In this document: positions 25,874 to 33,708 of the stretch, piece by piece | Numbering within the stretch: the stretch's first letter is position 1 | Layout: each line of letters starts with the position of its first letter | Assembly (NCBI GenBank): GCA_035491815.1 | Contig: DATJKA010000047.1 | Span: 91,520-155,519 of the forward strand | Length of the DNA stretch: 64,000 bases | Direction of reading: 5' to 3' | DNA from: Gemmatimonadales bacterium | Lineage (GTDB): Bacteria; Gemmatimonadota; Gemmatimonadetes; Gemmatimonadales; GWC2-71-9 | The notes under the pieces: model-generated | Seen by the model: only the letters and a program-made list of their open reading frames with translations | Told to the model about the DNA's origin: nothing | Databases searched by the model: none | Position numbers and translations under genes: made by a program

Positions 25874-26476
25874 TCAGTCGGTCTCGGACATCTCGCGACG
25901 CGCCGCCAGGGCCTGCGCGATCGTCACCGCATCGGCGTATTCGAGGTCGCCACCCACCGGCAAGCCGCGCGCGATCCGCGTGATCCGAACCCCGCTGGGC
26001 TTCAGCACCTGCTGGAGGTACGTCGCGGTCGCTTCCCCCTCCATCGAGGGATTGGTCGCCACGATCACCTCACGAACCTCTGAGCCGTTGGCCAATCGCG
26101 CAAGCAGCCGGTCCACATGCAGATCGTCGGGTCCGACACCGTCGAGCGGTGAGATCCGACCGCCCAGCACGTGGTAGCGCCCCCGGTACCGCCCGGCCCG
26201 CTCGATCGCCCCCACATCGCCCGACTCTTCGACCACGCACAGGAGGGCCGCATCGCGCCGCGGGTCCGCGCAAATCGGGCATGGATCGTCGTCCGCGAGG
26301 TTGCCGCAGATCCCGCACGCCATGACCTTGCCCCGAACCCGCCGGATGGCCTCCGCCAACCGTTCCGCGGTTTCCGCGGGCTGCTTCAGCAAATGGAACG
26401 TGAGCCGTTGGGCCGTCTTCCGCCCGATGCCGGGGAGCTTGGCGAGCTCCGCCACGAGCTCCTCGATGGCGGACAT
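25874..26476 (-). CDS. recR: Recombination protein RecR
   Basis: LPGIGRKTAQRL helix-hairpin-helix, C4 zinc finger CGICGNL...CPIC, Toprim region. Confidence 0.93.
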   Translation of the reverse strand: MSAIEELVAELAKLPGIGRKTAQRLTFHLLKQPAETAERLAEAIRRVRGKVMACGICGNLADDDPCPICADPRRDAALLCVVEESGDVGAIERAGRYRGRYHVLGGRISPLDGVGPDDLHVDRLLARLANGSEVREVIVATNPSMEGEATATYLQQVLKPSGVRITRIARGLPVGGDLEYADAVTIAQALAARREMSETD

Positions 26477-26485
26477 GGGAGGGGC

Positions 26486-26803
26486 CTACAGCGGGAGCTG
26501 AAACGGGAACGGCAGCCCCGACGCCAGCTTCCGCACCTCGGCCTGATACAGCTCGGCCGCGCGCTTCTGCGCCTCCGCCACCGCCGCCAGCACGAGATCT
26601 TCGAGCATCTCGACGTCGCCCTGCTTGACGGCCTCAGGGTCGATCTTGATGCCGCGAATGTGGCCGCGGCCGTCGACCGTGGCCTGCACCATGCCGCCGC
26701 CGGCCGACACCGTCAACGTCTGCTGCGCTAGCTGCGTCTGGATCTCGGTAAGCCGCCCCTGCATCTGCTGGGAGAGCTGGAGCAGGCTAGATAAATCCGC
26801 CAT
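26486..26803 (-). CDS. ybaB: YbaB/EbfC family nucleoid-associated protein
   Basis: 105 aa. The pattern GGGMVQATVDGRGHIRGIKIDPEAV...DVEMLEDLVLAAV is typical. Located between dnaX and recR. Confidence 0.9.
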   Translation of the reverse strand: MADLSSLLQLSQQMQGRLTEIQTQLAQQTLTVSAGGGMVQATVDGRGHIRGIKIDPEAVKQGDVEMLEDLVLAAVAEAQKRAAELYQAEVRKLASGLPFPFQLPL

Positions 26804-26839
26804 GCGTCGAAAGTTACACGGCTGGCACTCGATAGCAAG

Positions 26840-28486
26840 CTACTCGAGAAGCTCCAAATCGAGCGCGTCTACCGCCGCGCTGAGCGTCGGATCTTTCGCC
26901 CGGAGGCTCTTCAATCGCTCCGCATTAGCTCCCTCGGCCGTGAGCCGTGCGGGTGGAGCGGCCGATGTGATTGCCTTGGCGTCCGACTCCACGACTTTGA
27001 TACGGGGGGCCTCGCTGACAAACCGGCCGAGACTCTGGGCAATCGTCTCGCGCTGTCGCTCGAGTCCCTCGGCATGCACCGCGTGCGCCGGACGGAGACT
27101 CACGATCCGGCCTTCGACGGCGACGACCTCCGCCTCGGCGAGCAGACTCCCGAGCATCGGTGTCTTGCCGCGCGCGTCGGCTACGACGTCGGCCCAAACG
27201 GAGCGGACGTTGTCGAGGGTGGGCTCGAGCTTTTGACCAGTCGTGCGGTCGGACGGGCGGACCGGCGGACGGGCAGCTTCGGCGGTTATCGGCACGGGTG
27301 TCGGCGGTGTTGACTGGCCGTCTGGCCGTCTGCCCGTCTGCCCGTCGCTCTTGAGCGCATCAATGACCTCCGACAATTCCACGGTCCTATCCAACATCAC
27401 CCACCTCAGGAGCAAGACCTCGACGAGCAACCGGGTCTGGGCGCTGCGGCTGAGCCGTTCCTCCGACTCGCTGAGGATCGTGAGCAGCCGAACGACGTCT
27501 CCCGGGCGAATTTGCGCCGCGTACTGCCGCACGACGGACAGCAATCCTTCAGTCAGCCCTTCCGGCTGGCCACCGACGCCCACCAGCATCAGGGCACGCA
27601 ACGCTTCGGCGGCGCCGTTGACGAATTCGCCGAGGTCGGCGCCCGCCTCGAGCACGCGCTCGATGAGCGGGAAGACCGCGGCGGCGTCGTGCGCTACGAT
27701 GGCACGCAGCATCTCGGCGTAGAGCTCGTCGGGGATCAGGCCAAGCACCTCGCGCACGCGCGCGGCGGTGACCGGTCCCTCGCCGAACGAGAGCACCTGG
27801 TCGAGCAGCGAGAGGGCGTCGCGCATCCCGCCGTTGGCGCTCCGCGCGATCAGATGAAGCGCGTCATCCTGCAGGTCGAGCCGCTCGGCTTCCGCGACTT
27901 CGCGCAGCCGGGCCACGATGGCATGCGGTCCGATGCGGCGGAAATCGAAGCGCTGCAGGCGCGAGAGAATCGGTGCCGCCGTGTTGGCGATTTTCTGCGG
28001 CTCAGTCGTTGCGAATACGAAGACGACGCGCGGCGGCGGCTCCTCGAGAATCTTGAGCAGCGCGTTCCAGGCCTCACGCGTCAGCATGTGCGCTTCGTCG
28101 ACGATGTAAACCTTGGAGCCCTGGTCCGTGCTCGCCGCGTACATCGCGCGCTCGCGGAGGTCGCGCGCGTCATCGACGCCGCGGTTCGATGCCGCGTCGA
28201 GCTCGACCACGTCGAGATTCGCGGCTCCCGTCCAGATGCGCTTGCAGGAGTCGCAATCGCCGCACGGCTCGCCGGTCGGGCCGCGCCGCTCGCAGTTCAA
28301 CGCCATCGCCAGGACGCGGGCGGCCGTCGTCTTCCCCACGCCTCTGGGCCCGGCGAACAGATAGCCGTGCGCGACCCGTCCTTGCGCGACGGCGCCGCGG
28401 AGCGCCGCAGCGACGTGGTCCTGCGCGATCAAGTCGGCGAATTGCTTCGGGCGATACTTGCGGGCGAGGGCGATCATGCGAATCAA
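26840..28486 (-). CDS. dnaX: DNA polymerase III subunit gamma/tau
   Basis: YRPKQFADLIAQDHV, Walker A GPRGVGKTT, zinc module CGDCDSC, Walker B IVDEAHML. 548 aa. Confidence 0.93.
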   Translation of the reverse strand: MIRMIALARKYRPKQFADLIAQDHVAAALRGAVAQGRVAHGYLFAGPRGVGKTTAARVLAMALNCERRGPTGEPCGDCDSCKRIWTGAANLDVVELDAASNRGVDDARDLRERAMYAASTDQGSKVYIVDEAHMLTREAWNALLKILEEPPPRVVFVFATTEPQKIANTAAPILSRLQRFDFRRIGPHAIVARLREVAEAERLDLQDDALHLIARSANGGMRDALSLLDQVLSFGEGPVTAARVREVLGLIPDELYAEMLRAIVAHDAAAVFPLIERVLEAGADLGEFVNGAAEALRALMLVGVGGQPEGLTEGLLSVVRQYAAQIRPGDVVRLLTILSESEERLSRSAQTRLLVEVLLLRWVMLDRTVELSEVIDALKSDGQTGRRPDGQSTPPTPVPITAEAARPPVRPSDRTTGQKLEPTLDNVRSVWADVVADARGKTPMLGSLLAEAEVVAVEGRIVSLRPAHAVHAEGLERQRETIAQSLGRFVSEAPRIKVVESDAKAITSAAPPARLTAEGANAERLKSLRAKDPTLSAAVDALDLELLE

Positions 28487-28492
28487 ATCTAG

Positions 28493-28522
28493 CCGTTTGG
28501 CGGTTTGGCGGTTCGGCGGTTT
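28493..28522. repeat. Tandem 8-bp repeat (GGCGGTTT-like, about 3.9 copies) in the dnaX leader
   Basis: Read directly: GCCGTTT GGCGGTTT GGCGGTTC GGCGGTTT. It starts 7 nt upstream of the dnaX ATG (minus sense AAACCGCC x3). Complementary GCGG-containing repeats lie at 28528-28558. Confidence 0.8.
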
Positions 28523-28567
28523 GAAGACGATTACCCGCCGCTTAACCGCTCAGCCGCTCGATGTGAG

Positions 28568-28667
28568 TTGCCCCAGGCACCCCGCAACGAATCCCGACAT
28601 CGTTTAGCGCTGCTCCCTGCGGGGGCCTGACGCGGTTCACGAGCGGAAAGCCTGCGGACCTGGGGCC
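28568..28667 (-). ncRNA. ffs: Signal recognition particle RNA (small/4.5S type), probable
   Basis: The minus strand reads GGCCCCAGG...GUGAACCGCGUCAGGCCCCCGCAGGGAGCAGCGCUAAACG...CCUGGGGC. The terminal 8-bp helix GCCCCAGG/CCUGGGGC and the domain IV core GUCAGG-stem-loop-AGCAGC match 4.5S RNA. The position upstream of dnaX-ybaB-recR is the conserved synteny. The ends are approximate. Confidence 0.72.
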
Positions 28668-28671
28668 TCGA

Positions 28672-28701
28672 AATGTAGAATGTCCTACGCCCAATAATCA
28701 A
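28672..28701 (-). promoter_or_regulatory. Candidate sigma70-type promoter for ffs
   Basis: Minus strand: TTGATT (28701-28696), 18-nt spacer, TACATT (28677-28672), about 5-6 nt before the first G of the predicted RNA. It sits in a locally AT-rich patch. Confidence 0.45.
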
Positions 28702-28735
28702 TGAGCATTGGTTATCGGAGATTGGACATTCCGCG

Positions 28736-29713
28736 TCAGCGGCAGTCCACTCGGCCTGGTGATGCGCGCGGGGGCACCGTCACCGTGAGATACTGCCGCA
28801 TGCCATTGGCGATGACGGCGAGGCTGGTCGTCCCTGCCTGATCAGGCTTAAGCTGCACGCTCCCCGCCACGCTGTCTTGTGTCACGCCGACCACGCGGAA
28901 GATGCGCGCGTCCGCCACGGCGGCGCGCAGGCCAAGGAGCGGGGTGGAATTCGCGAAGCCATCCTGCGCGGCGACGCGCAATACGACGATCGAATCGGGG
29001 CGAATCGCGAAGTGCCCGGCCACGCTCGCCTGCCCGCACATGACGACGAGCTGCGTGGCCGGGCCGGCCGCGACGTTGAACGCGACCTGCTTTTCGACGA
29101 CGCCGACGGACGCGATGACGGTGGCCGATCCCACCCGCTCGCCGAGCGTTACGCCGGCGCGGGCCTGGCCAAGCGCATCGGTCATCGCGCTGGTGGGAGT
29201 GACGCGCGCGTTGATGCCGGTGAACGCGACCGCCTGGCGCGGCAGCACCGCGCCGCTCGAGTCGCGCGCCTCGAAGAGCACCGGTCGCGGCAACTGGCTG
29301 CCCGCGGTGCCGCGCTGGCCGCCGCCGGAGATGAAGCCGGACCGCGCCGCGGAAGCCATGAGCGCTGGTGGAGGTGCCGGCGGTTGTGGAGACGGTCGAG
29401 GCGCCACGGGAGCGGGCGGCGGCGGCGCCGGCCGCACGGGCGCCGCACGTGTGACCGGCACCGCGCGCTTCCTGTTGCCTCTGCGAGCGCAGTCATCGAC
29501 GGCGGCCAGCATCGCGGGATCGGCGCCCATCAGCCGGAGATCGTTCTTGTCACGCGCCGTCGGCTCGAACGTCAGGCAGTTGCGCCGAACGAGCTGCGCC
29601 AGCTCACCCGACGATATGTCGCTGCCCGACAGCAGGCGCACGAGATCGCTCTTACGCAGCGGCGCGCTGCCGTTGCCTTGCAGCAAGAGCGCTGCGAGCA
29701 GCAGGAGGCTCAT
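28736..29713 (-). CDS. Secreted protein with a Pro-rich linker and two bacterial Ig-like (Big_1/invasin-like) domains
   Basis: ATG 29713 overlaps the upstream TGA (ATGA); ATG 29725 is an alternative. Signal peptide MSLLLLAALLLQGNGSA, then PAPPPPAPVAPRPSPQPPAPPP, then Ig-like repeats (AVAFTGINARVTPTSAMTDALGQARAGVTLGERVGSATVIASV). Confidence 0.6.
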   Translation of the reverse strand: MSLLLLAALLLQGNGSAPLRKSDLVRLLSGSDISSGELAQLVRRNCLTFEPTARDKNDLRLMGADPAMLAAVDDCARRGNRKRAVPVTRAAPVRPAPPPPAPVAPRPSPQPPAPPPALMASAARSGFISGGGQRGTAGSQLPRPVLFEARDSSGAVLPRQAVAFTGINARVTPTSAMTDALGQARAGVTLGERVGSATVIASVGVVEKQVAFNVAAGPATQLVVMCGQASVAGHFAIRPDSIVVLRVAAQDGFANSTPLLGLRAAVADARIFRVVGVTQDSVAGSVQLKPDQAGTTSLAVIANGMRQYLTVTVPPRASPGRVDCR

Positions 29714-31485
29714 GGCCGCTGGCATCTCGAATCGTCGAAGCGGCGGGAGACCGAATCGACGGAGGCCCACAGCGCCTGATCGCGCGCCACACGCGGCGGA
29801 TCGAACGACGCCATTCGCGCTTTCCGTTCCGTGTTGTAGCTGATCCAGAGATTCTCGATCGCGACCAGTCCGTTCGCCAGGCCGCCGCAATCCATCCGGC
29901 CGTTCGCGAACAGCGCTGCGCGGTCCTGGAAATTGCGGACCATGCGCGTGAGTGAATCGCTCAGGCGATCGAAGCGGTCGAACGGCGAGGCAACCGTGAT
30001 CGGCGGCGGCGGCGGGATCGGCTGCGTGATCTCGGACGGCGCGGCAACCGGTGACGGCCGCGGCGAGGTACGCCGCGTGGCGGGCGGCGGCGGCGCCGCC
30101 TTGCGTGACGTAATCTTCGAGACCAGCTGCTTCGCGCGGTCGAGCAGTCCCGCCCATGGCGGCGGCACCGCCGGATTGCGCAGCGCGAAATACCAGTACG
30201 CTCCCGCGCCGAGCCCGCCGATGATGAGCAGCAGCAGGATGCGCTTGCCCCACACGCCCCCACCCCCACCCCGCCGACGGCCGCGCCGGACGCCCCTGGA
30301 TGGCGTCTTCTTTTTCTCGACGTCCTGGTCGAGCAACCGAAACTTCGGGCTCGACGTCCGACGTGGCGCGGCGGGCGGCGCGGCCGGGGAAAGCGGCGCG
30401 ACTCCGCGCGATACTTCTTCGGGCGCGACTTCCCACGGGATGCCGTCCGATGTGCGCTGCATCCCGGCCGGCGGTGGTGGCGCGGGACGCGGCGGAGGAG
30501 GAGGCGGTGGCTGCGGTGGCGCCGGCTCTTCCGGCACGAACACCGGCGCCGCGGGCCGCGTCTTCGACGCCCTCGGCGGCGGTGGTGCGGGCGGGGGCAG
30601 GGGGGGCGGCGGAGCAATGGGAACGGGCGCCGGCGCAGGCTCGTCGTCGGCGCTCGACTTGATGACCGGAATGTCGTCGGCCGAGGAGCGCATGACGCGG
30701 AAGCCGCGATCCTTGGCGGCCGGGCGTTCCTCTGTCTTCCGCGGCGGCGGAGCTTCGACCTCTTCTGGTTCCTCGTCTTTGGGCAGCGGCGGCGGCGGCG
30801 GCGCGGGCGGCTCGGGCGGCTTGGGCTTCGGACCCGTCAGCGTCGGCCCGTACGGCTTGTAATTCCGCCACGTGATGAACGACCGCTTCTTGCCGTCCGG
30901 TTTGATCGATTCGGGCTGCAGCAGCTCGTAAAACGGCAGCGGCACCTTGTTCCAGTCGGCGGTCTTGTTCGAGCGGAAGAAGCGACCCGTCACGCCGCCC
31001 GCTTCGGCGGCGACCAGAACCGCCACATGCCAAGGATCGGTGAAGTACTTATCGTGTGTCTCGACGTCGTGCGCCGTGAGAAACCCGCCCTGCCCTGGAT
31101 GGCTGTGATACCAGCCGAGCAGGTTCGCATGCGCCTTCGTGAGCTGTTCCTGCATGCGATCCCACAACCGCCCCACGACCACTTCGGTTTTGTCGCCGTA
31201 GATCGGCTGGCTCAGCTTCAGCGTCTTGTCGATGACGACGTACAGCACACCGGTTTCCGGATCGCGATACACGTCGCCGATCAGAAAACCGAAGATCGCC
31301 TGCGTCGGCGAGCTCTTGAGGTGGTCCTGCAGCGCGATGACCGCTTCCTGCTGAAAGAAGATCGGATACGGAGAGCGGCTCGACGGGCGACCCGGGCTCG
31401 TGGTGCCGGGCGCGGCGGGCGGATTCCACAGGATCGCCCGCTCGAGCGGCATCGCTTGCGACGTCGGTTCGGGCCGTGGACTCAT
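29710..31485 (-). CDS. Membrane-anchored JAMM/MPN+ domain protein (cytoplasmic metalloprotease-like domain, Pro-rich linker, single TM, extracytoplasmic C-terminal domain)
   Basis: ATGA overlap with ltaE. JAMM motif E47 ... H127-S-H129-PGQGGFL-T-AH-D140 (HxHx7[S/T]xxD). Long PPPP-rich region. Basic stretch RRGRRRGGGGG followed by TM ILLLLIIGGLGAGAYWYFAL. About 155-aa C-terminal domain of unknown family. Confidence 0.75.
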   Translation of the reverse strand: MSPRPEPTSQAMPLERAILWNPPAAPGTTSPGRPSSRSPYPIFFQQEAVIALQDHLKSSPTQAIFGFLIGDVYRDPETGVLYVVIDKTLKLSQPIYGDKTEVVVGRLWDRMQEQLTKAHANLLGWYHSHPGQGGFLTAHDVETHDKYFTDPWHVAVLVAAEAGGVTGRFFRSNKTADWNKVPLPFYELLQPESIKPDGKKRSFITWRNYKPYGPTLTGPKPKPPEPPAPPPPPLPKDEEPEEVEAPPPRKTEERPAAKDRGFRVMRSSADDIPVIKSSADDEPAPAPVPIAPPPPLPPPAPPPPRASKTRPAAPVFVPEEPAPPQPPPPPPPRPAPPPPAGMQRTSDGIPWEVAPEEVSRGVAPLSPAAPPAAPRRTSSPKFRLLDQDVEKKKTPSRGVRRGRRRGGGGGVWGKRILLLLIIGGLGAGAYWYFALRNPAVPPPWAGLLDRAKQLVSKITSRKAAPPPPATRRTSPRPSPVAAPSEITQPIPPPPPITVASPFDRFDRLSDSLTRMVRNFQDRAALFANGRMDCGGLANGLVAIENLWISYNTERKARMASFDPPRVARDQALWASVDSVSRRFDDSRCQRP

Positions 31486-32510
31486 CGCAGCGTGTCCAGG
31501 ACGATGCGGGCCGCGCGTTCGACGTCGGCGCGCGTCACGTCGAGATGCATGACCGCCCGCAGCCGCTGCGGTCCGTAGGCCGACATCCGCACGCCCGCCT
31601 TCGCGAGCCGGGTCGAAGCCGCCTGCGCGTCGCTCGCGAGATCGACCATGACGATGTTGCTGTCGGGCTCGATTGGTCGGACCGTGGGACCGTCCGACAG
31701 GATTTCGGCGAATCGTTTCGCGTTCGCGTGGTCTTCGCTGATGCGGTCGAGATTATGGTCGAGCGCGTACAGTCCCGCCGCGGCGAGAATGCCCGATTGC
31801 CGCATGCCGCCGCCCAGTCGCTTGCGAATCTCCCACGCCCGCGCGCGTTGGGCCTTCCGAAATCCGAGGCACGAGCCGACCGGGCAGCCGAGGCCCTTGG
31901 AGATGCTGACCATGACGGTGTCGACACCCTGCGTGAGCCGCGCCGGCTTCACGCCGGCGGAGGCCGCGGCATTCCAGAGGCGCGCCCCGTCGAGATGCAC
32001 GCGCAGACCGGCGTCCCGCGCCGTGCGCACGAGCGCCTGCATTGCGTCCGGAGCGAGCACCCGCCCGCCCGCCAGGTTGTGCGTGTTCTCGAGTGCCAGC
32101 GCCGTGACGCGCGGAACGTGCGGCGACGACGGACGGAGCGCACCGCGCACCAGCTCGGCGGTGAGCAGCCCCCCCCCGTCCGGCGTCGCAATCGGGCGGA
32201 TTTGCGCACCCGACAGCGCCGCGACGCCGGCCATCTCATAATGGATGAGATGCGCGTTCGCTTCGATGAGCAGCTCGGTGCCCGGCTCCGTCACCAGCGC
32301 GATGCCCGTCTGATTCGCCTGGCTTCCGGAAGGAAAGAACAAGGCGTCCTCGGTACCGAGCAGCTCCGCGATACGTTCTTCGAGCTTGCGCGTCGTGGGG
32401 TCGCCGTCGAGGACGTCGTCACCGACTTCGGCCTCCGCCATCGCGCAGCGCATGCCGGGCGACGGCTTGGTGACGGTATCGGAGCGGAGATCGATCGGCG
32501 CGGTGGTCAT
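31482..32510 (-). CDS. ltaE: Low-specificity L-threonine aldolase
   Basis: DLRSDTVTKPSPGMRCAM, VGDDVLDGDPT, FFPSGSQANQ, SKGLGCPVGS (PLP lysine). Confidence 0.88.
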   Translation of the reverse strand: MTTAPIDLRSDTVTKPSPGMRCAMAEAEVGDDVLDGDPTTRKLEERIAELLGTEDALFFPSGSQANQTGIALVTEPGTELLIEANAHLIHYEMAGVAALSGAQIRPIATPDGGGLLTAELVRGALRPSSPHVPRVTALALENTHNLAGGRVLAPDAMQALVRTARDAGLRVHLDGARLWNAAASAGVKPARLTQGVDTVMVSISKGLGCPVGSCLGFRKAQRARAWEIRKRLGGGMRQSGILAAAGLYALDHNLDRISEDHANAKRFAEILSDGPTVRPIEPDSNIVMVDLASDAQAASTRLAKAGVRMSAYGPQRLRAVMHLDVTRADVERAARIVLDTLR

Positions 32511-33343
32511 CCGAGGCGCACGCGTTGCTGGCGGCGCATCCGCATCAAGTCGTACGTCTCCGCCACTTCGCCGCCCAGCAGAAACACGTAGGCCGTGTAG
32601 TAGATCCAGAGAATGAAGAGCAGCACGCCGATCAGATTGGCGTCGGTCGCGACGCGATCGAACGTGACGAAACGCGCGACATACAGCGCGTACAGGCGCT
32701 TGGCGATCTCGAACGCGACGGCGCAGAACAGCGACGCCACCACGCTCGTGCGCCAGTAGATCCGCCGGCTCGGCAAGAACTTGAAGATCACGAAGAAGAG
32801 CAGCGTGCTGAACACCAGGGAGCCGAGCTGCGCGGCAACGCCGCGGCCGCTGGACGCGAAGGCGTTCGCGAGGAACAGCGCCCCCGCGACGAAAACCATG
32901 GCGAGATCCGTGAGCTTGGCCAGCGGCCAGGATCGGTTCTCCTCCGTGTCAAAGACCTCGTTCAGGGCAGCCCGCAACCCCCCGAACATACGAGTCGAGA
33001 ACCAGAGAAACAGGGGCGCGGCGAGCAGCGTGAGGTGCCCCCGTCGCGCGACGAGGTTGCCGAGCGCCCGCTCGATGAAGCCGAAGGTGCCGTTTTCCCC
33101 GCCGCTCGCGTCCGGCAGAAAGCGCTGCAGCAGCTCGTGGACGCTGAGCTGGTGGATGGCGAGCTGATACTGGACGAGGTAGCCGACGACCGCGAGGACG
33201 AGGCCGACGAAGGGAATGGCGGTGAGGAGAATATCGAACGACAGCGCGCCGGCGAGAAAAGGAATGTTGTCTTCGTAGGCTGCTTCGAGGGTCCGCCGGA
33301 CGACGCCGGTGACCGTGCGATGCCAGCCGCCCTCACCGTTCAC
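32507..33343 (-). CDS. YihY/BrkB (virulence factor BrkB) family membrane protein
   Basis: Six predicted TM helices. N-terminal FLAGALSFDILLTAIPF is typical of YihY. 4-nt overlaps at both ends. Confidence 0.75.
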   Translation of the reverse strand: MNGEGGWHRTVTGVVRRTLEAAYEDNIPFLAGALSFDILLTAIPFVGLVLAVVGYLVQYQLAIHQLSVHELLQRFLPDASGGENGTFGFIERALGNLVARRGHLTLLAAPLFLWFSTRMFGGLRAALNEVFDTEENRSWPLAKLTDLAMVFVAGALFLANAFASSGRGVAAQLGSLVFSTLLFFVIFKFLPSRRIYWRTSVVASLFCAVAFEIAKRLYALYVARFVTFDRVATDANLIGVLLFILWIYYTAYVFLLGGEVAETYDLMRMRRQQRVRLG

Positions 33344-33708
33344 GCGAGGGGCTCGTCCTCCTCCTCCGATGCGGGCGGAGCAGCCGGCCGGGCGGTACGC
33401 GCGCGGCGCCGGCGCGCCGTGTCCAGCCGGCGGCGCAGTTGCTCACGCGTCGAAATCTCCGGCTCCTCGTCGGCGTCTTCCGCCTCCGCCGCTTCCTCGT
33501 CGGCTTCGTCCGCGGCTTCCTTCAGCAACCCGCGCACCTCGTCCACCTTGTCTTCGGCCAGCTCCTTCAGGTTGCGCAGGCCTTTCGAGACTTTGCGGCG
33601 CGTGCTTTCGCCGCCCTCGGTCGGCGCGAACACGAAGCCCGCCACGGCACCCAGCACGATCCCGAACAGGAACGCGCCGAACCCTCCCCCTCCACTGCGC
33701 TCGCTCAT
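33340..33708 (-). CDS. YtxH domain protein
   Basis: N-terminal GAFLFGIVLGAVAGFVFAPTEG followed by a charged helical tail. Confidence 0.6.
   Translation of the reverse strand: MSERSGGGGFGAFLFGIVLGAVAGFVFAPTEGGESTRRKVSKGLRNLKELAEDKVDEVRGLLKEAADEADEEAAEAEDADEEPEISTREQLRRRLDTARRRRARTARPAAPPASEEEDEPLA

Noticed and set aside
26840-28486. Programmed -1 frameshift site in dnaX (gamma/tau), as in E. coli.
   Set aside because: By eye I found no A-AAA-AAG-type slippery heptamer or downstream hairpin in the coding strand. The closest string (CAAAAGC, near 27230 on the minus strand) is not a slippery motif.
28493-28522. Possible CRISPR-like or other repeat array.
   Set aside because: The units are only 8 bp, contiguous and without spacers. 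No cas genes are present. It is treated instead as a leader-RNA structural repeat.
29933-30862. 309-aa Gly-rich plus-strand ORF.
   Set aside because: It is the reverse-complement reading of the polyproline (CCG/CCC) linker of the JAMM gene, a compositional mirror artefact.
29726-31033. Upstream 436 codons of the 765-aa track ORF 28736-31033.
   Set aside because: It is out of frame and overlaps the JAMM/MPN+ gene, which has a clear motif and domain structure. The translation is Ala/Arg/Gly low-complexity sequence. The real downstream gene starts at the signal peptide (29713 or 29725).
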